From contig CAKOXW010000004.1 in the NCBI GenBank assembly GCA_934130375.1, positions 25,421-89,420 of the forward strand: DNA of 64,000 nucleotides, read 5' to 3'. Below, in pieces: positions 59,969 through 64,000 of the stretch. A program made the translations under genes and the position numbers. Under the pieces are notes generated by a model. It was not told the origin of the DNA. It did no database searches and was given only the letters and a program-made list of their open reading frames with translations. The stretch's first letter is position 1, and each line of letters begins with the position of its first letter. Source of the DNA: an uncultured Bacilli bacterium. GTDB lineage: Bacteria; Bacillota_I; Bacilli_A; RF39; UBA660.

Positions 59969-61084
59969 TTATTCACATACTTCAGTCACATTACTTGGAT
60001 AACTATAATTACTATCTTCCATAATTGGATTACCATCAAACACATAACATCCAAGAGTTATCGGTGTATCAGGAAATGCAATTGAAGATATTTGATTTTC
60101 TGCAAATGCTACATCTCCTATTGAAGTAACATTTGATGGTATTGTAATATTTGCTAATTTGTTACTTCTAAATGCATCTCTACCTATGCTTGTCACTGAA
60201 TTTGGTATTACCACTGAAGTTAATCCTAAACCTTCAAGAGCTGCTCCAAGTGGTTTTACCACATAACTATTATTAGAATTATAACTTAATAAACTCACTT
60301 TATAATCATTATTATATGCAGTACCTGTTGGTATAACACCATTTTTTGTAAATGCATAATCTCCAATAGCAACAACTGCCTTACCATCTATTTGTGTTGG
60401 TATTACTACATCAGTTCCTCCACCATTTTCATATGTTACCTTTAATCCGGCATTCTCATAATCTTTTGGTGGTATATCTTCAGCCAACACTAGACTTTTT
60501 AATGAAAAAACATCTTCATCATTTGTTATTGAACCTCCAGTACACAACGTTGTTGCTTGTTCTTCAGTTAAACCCATTGTTTGAAAGTAACTTGTGCACT
60601 TATTCATATCCTTTACTTCAACATTTGCAGCCCCGACTTGATAACCAGTTATTGATATACCGCCTTCTACTTCTTCATAACTAAAATACTTAGCAGCAGT
60701 TTCAACAATTTCTTTCTTAACACTTGATTTTGCACTATCTTTAGTTCCATCTACAACTTCTAAGCCTTCAAACTTCCCCTTACCTACTATTGTTACTTTC
60801 GCATTTCCCTTACTATCAAAAGTAATATTACAACTTTCATAATCATTTGAACTTATCTTAGCAACATCACTACATTTTATTGTACTTGAACCATCTAATA
60901 CTTGATTTTCAGTATATTTCTTTTCTGCTTGACTTGCTATTAACTTTGCAGTTGTTTCTAATGATGCTTCCTTAGAATTCTTAATTACATCACTTATTTT
61001 TGGCATTGCAATAATTAGTATAACTGCTAATATTACTATTACTGCTAATAATTCCACTAAAGTAAAACCTCTCTTTTTCTTCAT
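59969..61084 (-). CDS. modular type IV pilin-like protein B (pilin module + BspA-type leucine-rich-repeat C-terminal module)
   Basis: MKKKRG|FTLVELLAVIVILAVILIIAMP. Residues 1-~120 are ~70% identical by eye to pilin A, including both Cys. The C-terminus has LRR_5-like repeats (VVIPNSVTSIGRDAFRSNKLANITIPSNVTSIGDVAFAEN). Confidence 0.75.
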   Translation of the reverse strand: MKKKRGFTLVELLAVIVILAVILIIAMPKISDVIKNSKEASLETTAKLIASQAEKKYTENQVLDGSSTIKCSDVAKISSNDYESCNITFDSKGNAKVTIVGKGKFEGLEVVDGTKDSAKSSVKKEIVETAAKYFSYEEVEGGISITGYQVGAANVEVKDMNKCTSYFQTMGLTEEQATTLCTGGSITNDEDVFSLKSLVLAEDIPPKDYENAGLKVTYENGGGTDVVIPTQIDGKAVVAIGDYAFTKNGVIPTGTAYNNDYKVSLLSYNSNNSYVVKPLGAALEGLGLTSVVIPNSVTSIGRDAFRSNKLANITIPSNVTSIGDVAFAENQISSIAFPDTPITLGCYVFDGNPIMEDSNYSYPSNVTEVCE

Positions 61085-61110
61085 AATTTCCTCCTCTATT
61101 ATACAAGGTT

Positions 61111-61141
61111 ATTATAGCATAACACCCCCCCCATTTGGCAA
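61111..61141 (-). promoter_or_regulatory. candidate promoter of pilin B with a G8 homopolymer in the spacer
   Basis: Minus strand TTGCCA aat GGGGGGGG tgtta TGcTATAAT. -35-like 61136-61141, extended -10 61111-61119, C8 run on the plus strand 61125-61132. The spacer is 19 nt as sequenced. Confidence 0.45.
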
Positions 61142-61310
61142 TGGACGGAGGCGTTTTTTAGGCCTATTTTTGACGAAAATTTACAAAATTTTTAACATTT
61201 TGTATCAAATATACTACTTTTTTGCTAATTATAACGGGATGTTACATCTATTTAAAATAAAACCTATAATCTTTAAATTATACATTTATAAAAATTAATT
61301 ATAAACTTTC

Positions 61311-61329
61311 TTAAGCCCACGAATACATA
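61311..61329 (-). repeat. terminator-adjacent conserved motif, copy 5 (TTAAGCCCACGAATACATA)
   Basis: On the minus strand it follows the P-type ATPase terminator hairpin AATACTCTTAG/CTAAGAGTATT (61334-61370) and T-run. Confidence 0.8.
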
Positions 61330-61340
61330 AAAAAATACTC

Positions 61341-63365
61341 TTAGTTATTTTTCAATATTCTAAGAGTATTTAAAATACATAATATTGTTACACCAACATC
61401 CGCAAAAACAGCAACAAACATAGAAGTTAAACCAAGAATTGCAAGAATTAATACACTTATCTTTATACCAAGCGCAAAAATCAAATTCTCCTTTATAATT
61501 CTACTAGTTTTTTTAGATATTTTTATAGCATTTAATATCTTACTAATATCATCATTCATAATAACAATATCAGATGCTTCTATAGCAGAATCAGATCCAT
61601 TTAATCCCATTGAAATTCCTAAATCAGCAAGTTTTACAACAGGAGCATCATTTATACCATCACCAACAAAAGCTACTACTCCTGTTTTATTCTTAATAAT
61701 ACGTTCTAAAGAATTATATTTATCTTCAGGTAACATTTCATAATTAACATTATCAATACCAACTTTAGACGCTATAGAAATTGCTTTATCTTTACTATCA
61801 CCAGTAAACATATAAACATTTATACCTAATTCTTTTAATTTACTAATAGTTTCTATAGTACTATTCTTAATCTCATCTTCTATTAATAAAGACGCTACTA
61901 CACTATCATTTATAGATAAATATATATTATTATTTACATCCTTAGACTTACAAAACTTAGCACTACCTATCTTTACACTATCTTTTCTATAAGTAAAACT
62001 TATACCACTTCCAGATACTTCCTTAAAGTTCTTAACACAAGAAAAATCTACTTCACCTTTATATTTCTTTAAGATGGATTTTGCAATTGGATGATTAGAT
62101 AATGCTTCACCACTAGCAAATATTTCCATAATTTTATCTTCATTATATTCTTTATCATAAATATTAATTTTAGATATACAAAACTCACCTGTTGTAATAG
62201 TTCCTGTTTTATCAAATGCTATATCAGAAATATCTTTAATACTATCTAAATAATTACTACCCTTTACTAAGATACCCTCTTTAGATGCTCTACCAATACC
62301 TGAAAAATAAGATAAAGGAACTGATATTGCTATCGCACAAGGACATGATATAACTAATATTGTAAGACCTTTATAAATACATTCTGATAATGATAAACTA
62401 CTAACAAGAGGTAATACAAAAGACACTAAAAGAGCAATTATTATTACAGCAAGAGTATACTTAGAAGAATATTTAGAAACTATAGTCTCAGTTTTAGTCT
62501 TTCTCTCAGTAGCATTTTCTACTAACTCAAGTATCTTACTAACAGTAGAATCCTTATATAAAGAAGTAACTTTAATTTCAAGAATATCCCCTTTATTAAT
62601 ACTACCAGATAAAACATCACTACCTTGTTTTACAGACACAGGAATAGACTCGCCAGTTAAAAAACTAGTATCCACTAAAGAATTACCCTTAATAACTATG
62701 CCATCTAAAGGTACCCTTTCACCTTCTTTTACTACTATAATATCACCAATAGATACTTCGGTAGTGGGTACTTTTTTAATCTTATTATTTACTTTTAAAT
62801 TAGATAATTCCTCCTTGATATTCATAAGTTTAGAAACAGAATTACGACTTCTAGCAACCGCTTTTGCCTCAAGCATTTTTCCTAATTCATATAGAAAAAT
62901 TACCATTAACCCTTCATGATGCTTACCAAGCAAAAACGCTCCAATTGCAGAAATGCTTACTAATAAGTTCTCATTTATTTTTCTATTTTTTAATTGTTTT
63001 AATGCTGTTAACAAAGTTTTATATATTAGTATGATGTACGCTATAACTATAAGTATCATATTAACTGGACTTATCTTTATTACAATTCCTAAAATGCCAA
63101 TAACCGCACCAATTAATAATCTATAAACATCCTTGTTATTATCACTTTCAATTCTCTCTTCACTTAAAATTGCATTAGGTTCAATCATTGCAACTATTTC
63201 TTTAACATAAGAAAAAGCATCATCCATATCTGTTTCTATAGTTATTGTTGAAGTATTAAAATTAACTACTGCTTTATTAATTTTTTTATCTTCATTTAAA
63301 CTTTTCTCTACTTCACGTGCACAATTCGCACAATCTAAGTTTTTAATGTTAAATTTATATTTCAT
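61341..63365 (-). CDS. heavy-metal translocating P1B-type ATPase (Cd/Zn/Co-type, CadA-like)
   Basis: N-terminal HMA domain with DCANCA, the CPC motif (ISCPCAIAISVP), the phosphorylation site AFDKTGTIT, and the hinge VGDGINDAP. Confidence 0.9.
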   Translation of the reverse strand: MKYKFNIKNLDCANCAREVEKSLNEDKKINKAVVNFNTSTITIETDMDDAFSYVKEIVAMIEPNAILSEERIESDNNKDVYRLLIGAVIGILGIVIKISPVNMILIVIAYIILIYKTLLTALKQLKNRKINENLLVSISAIGAFLLGKHHEGLMVIFLYELGKMLEAKAVARSRNSVSKLMNIKEELSNLKVNNKIKKVPTTEVSIGDIIVVKEGERVPLDGIVIKGNSLVDTSFLTGESIPVSVKQGSDVLSGSINKGDILEIKVTSLYKDSTVSKILELVENATERKTKTETIVSKYSSKYTLAVIIIALLVSFVLPLVSSLSLSECIYKGLTILVISCPCAIAISVPLSYFSGIGRASKEGILVKGSNYLDSIKDISDIAFDKTGTITTGEFCISKINIYDKEYNEDKIMEIFASGEALSNHPIAKSILKKYKGEVDFSCVKNFKEVSGSGISFTYRKDSVKIGSAKFCKSKDVNNNIYLSINDSVVASLLIEDEIKNSTIETISKLKELGINVYMFTGDSKDKAISIASKVGIDNVNYEMLPEDKYNSLERIIKNKTGVVAFVGDGINDAPVVKLADLGISMGLNGSDSAIEASDIVIMNDDISKILNAIKISKKTSRIIKENLIFALGIKISVLILAILGLTSMFVAVFADVGVTILCILNTLRILKNN

Positions 63366-63373
63366 TTTATAAC

Positions 63374-63736
63374 CTACTTTCTATGATTAATATGCTCTAA
63401 ACCAATTTCAAATAATTTTACTATATGCTCATCATCCAAAGTATAGTAAACTTCTTTACCACTCTTTCTACACTTAACTACTCCACTTCTTCTTAAAGTA
63501 GCAAGTTGATGAGATACTGCAGACTTAGTCATATGAAGAACATTAGCAATATCACACACACACATTTCTTTTTTATCAAGCGCAAACAATATATGACACC
63601 TTGTCGTATCCCCTATTAACTTAAATAAATCAGCAAGATTATTAAATGTGTACTCATCAGGCATACTATTTTTTACTTCATTAACCAAATTATCATGAAT
63701 TACATTACAATCACACACAAATTCGTTCTTAGACAT
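63374..63736 (-). CDS. ArsR/SmtB family metal-sensing repressor (CadC-like)
   Basis: Winged HTH with the metal-site motif MCVCDIANVL plus N-terminal Cys residues (FVCDCN). Directly upstream of the ATPase gene. Confidence 0.85.
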   Translation of the reverse strand: MSKNEFVCDCNVIHDNLVNEVKNSMPDEYTFNNLADLFKLIGDTTRCHILFALDKKEMCVCDIANVLHMTKSAVSHQLATLRRSGVVKCRKSGKEVYYTLDDEHIVKLFEIGLEHINHRK

Positions 63737-63760
63737 ATTTCCTCCATAATTGAATATTCG

Positions 63761-63802
63761 TTCAACTATTATATTATAGTTGAATACTCACTCACATGTC
63801 AA
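63761..63802 (-). promoter_or_regulatory. promoter of the ArsR-ATPase operon with an overlapping inverted-repeat operator
   Basis: Minus strand TTGACA (63797-63802), 18 nt, TATAAT (63773-63778). A 9-bp inverted repeat TTCAACTAT-n6-ATAGTTGAA (63761-63784) spans the -10. A second palindrome TTGAA-n6-TTCAA lies at 63750-63765. Confidence 0.6.
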
Positions 63803-64000
63803 TAAGTATTATGAAATATATTAAAAAGCTAAATATATATTTGTGTAATTTTATAATAAGTTTGCACTATAAAAATGATATCAACATAAAAAAGTTGCAC
63901 AAATGTACAACTAATTTTTTTTATGTTCAATTTTATCCCAACCTAAGTTTCTATCAAAAAGAAGCACTAAAACGCATATTAAATAACTTGCTAAGAAAAT

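Noticed and set aside
63900-64000. Hairpin plus T-run near 63895-63930 and an open minus-strand frame at the right edge
   Set aside because: Too little sequence to call a gene. The hairpin has a mismatch and its owner gene lies outside the window.

Overview
Very AT-rich chromosomal segment from a low-GC Bacillota-type bacterium that probably forms endospores (cwlD, a SleB/CwlJ-type hydrolase). Most genes lie on the minus strand. Core content: proS, prfB with its classical +1 frameshift, rplM-rpsI, cdaA-cdaR, ftsEX, mscL, dinB, feoAB, a Cd/Zn-type P1B ATPase with an ArsR-type repressor, envelope genes (LtaS-like, YfhO-GtrA-DUF2207, two YitT paralogs) and three solitary tRNAs (Gly-GCC, Cys-GCA, Trp-CCA). 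Accessory and unusual content: (1) A ~9.86 kb element (about 19.03-28.89 kb) with a large serine recombinase is inserted in frame inside an Amidase_3 + 5xLysM cell-wall hydrolase gene. Both gene halves are still recognisable. This is the architecture of the sporulation 'intervening elements' (skin / SPbeta type). Its cargo is a type II C5-methyltransferase/endonuclease pair, an ASCH protein and an AAA+ ATPase / S8 protease pair resembling IetAS. (2) A second, edge-truncated large serine recombinase lies next to tRNA-Gly at the left border. (3) Two single-gene defence candidates (Abi_2, DUF3800) sit in the rpsI-cwlD interval. (4) Two orphan modular type IV pilin paralogs share a pilin module but carry different C-terminal modules. 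One has a G8 homopolymer inside its promoter spacer; the other has a GC-rich, foreign-looking 3' patch. (5) A conserved motif with an invariant 12-nt core (TTAAGCCCACGA on the plus strand) occurs five times, always in the same orientation and always directly after an intrinsic-terminator hairpin and T-run. I cannot assign it to any known feature class. No rRNA, CRISPR array or IS transposase was seen. All functional calls come from motif recognition by eye, not database searches.
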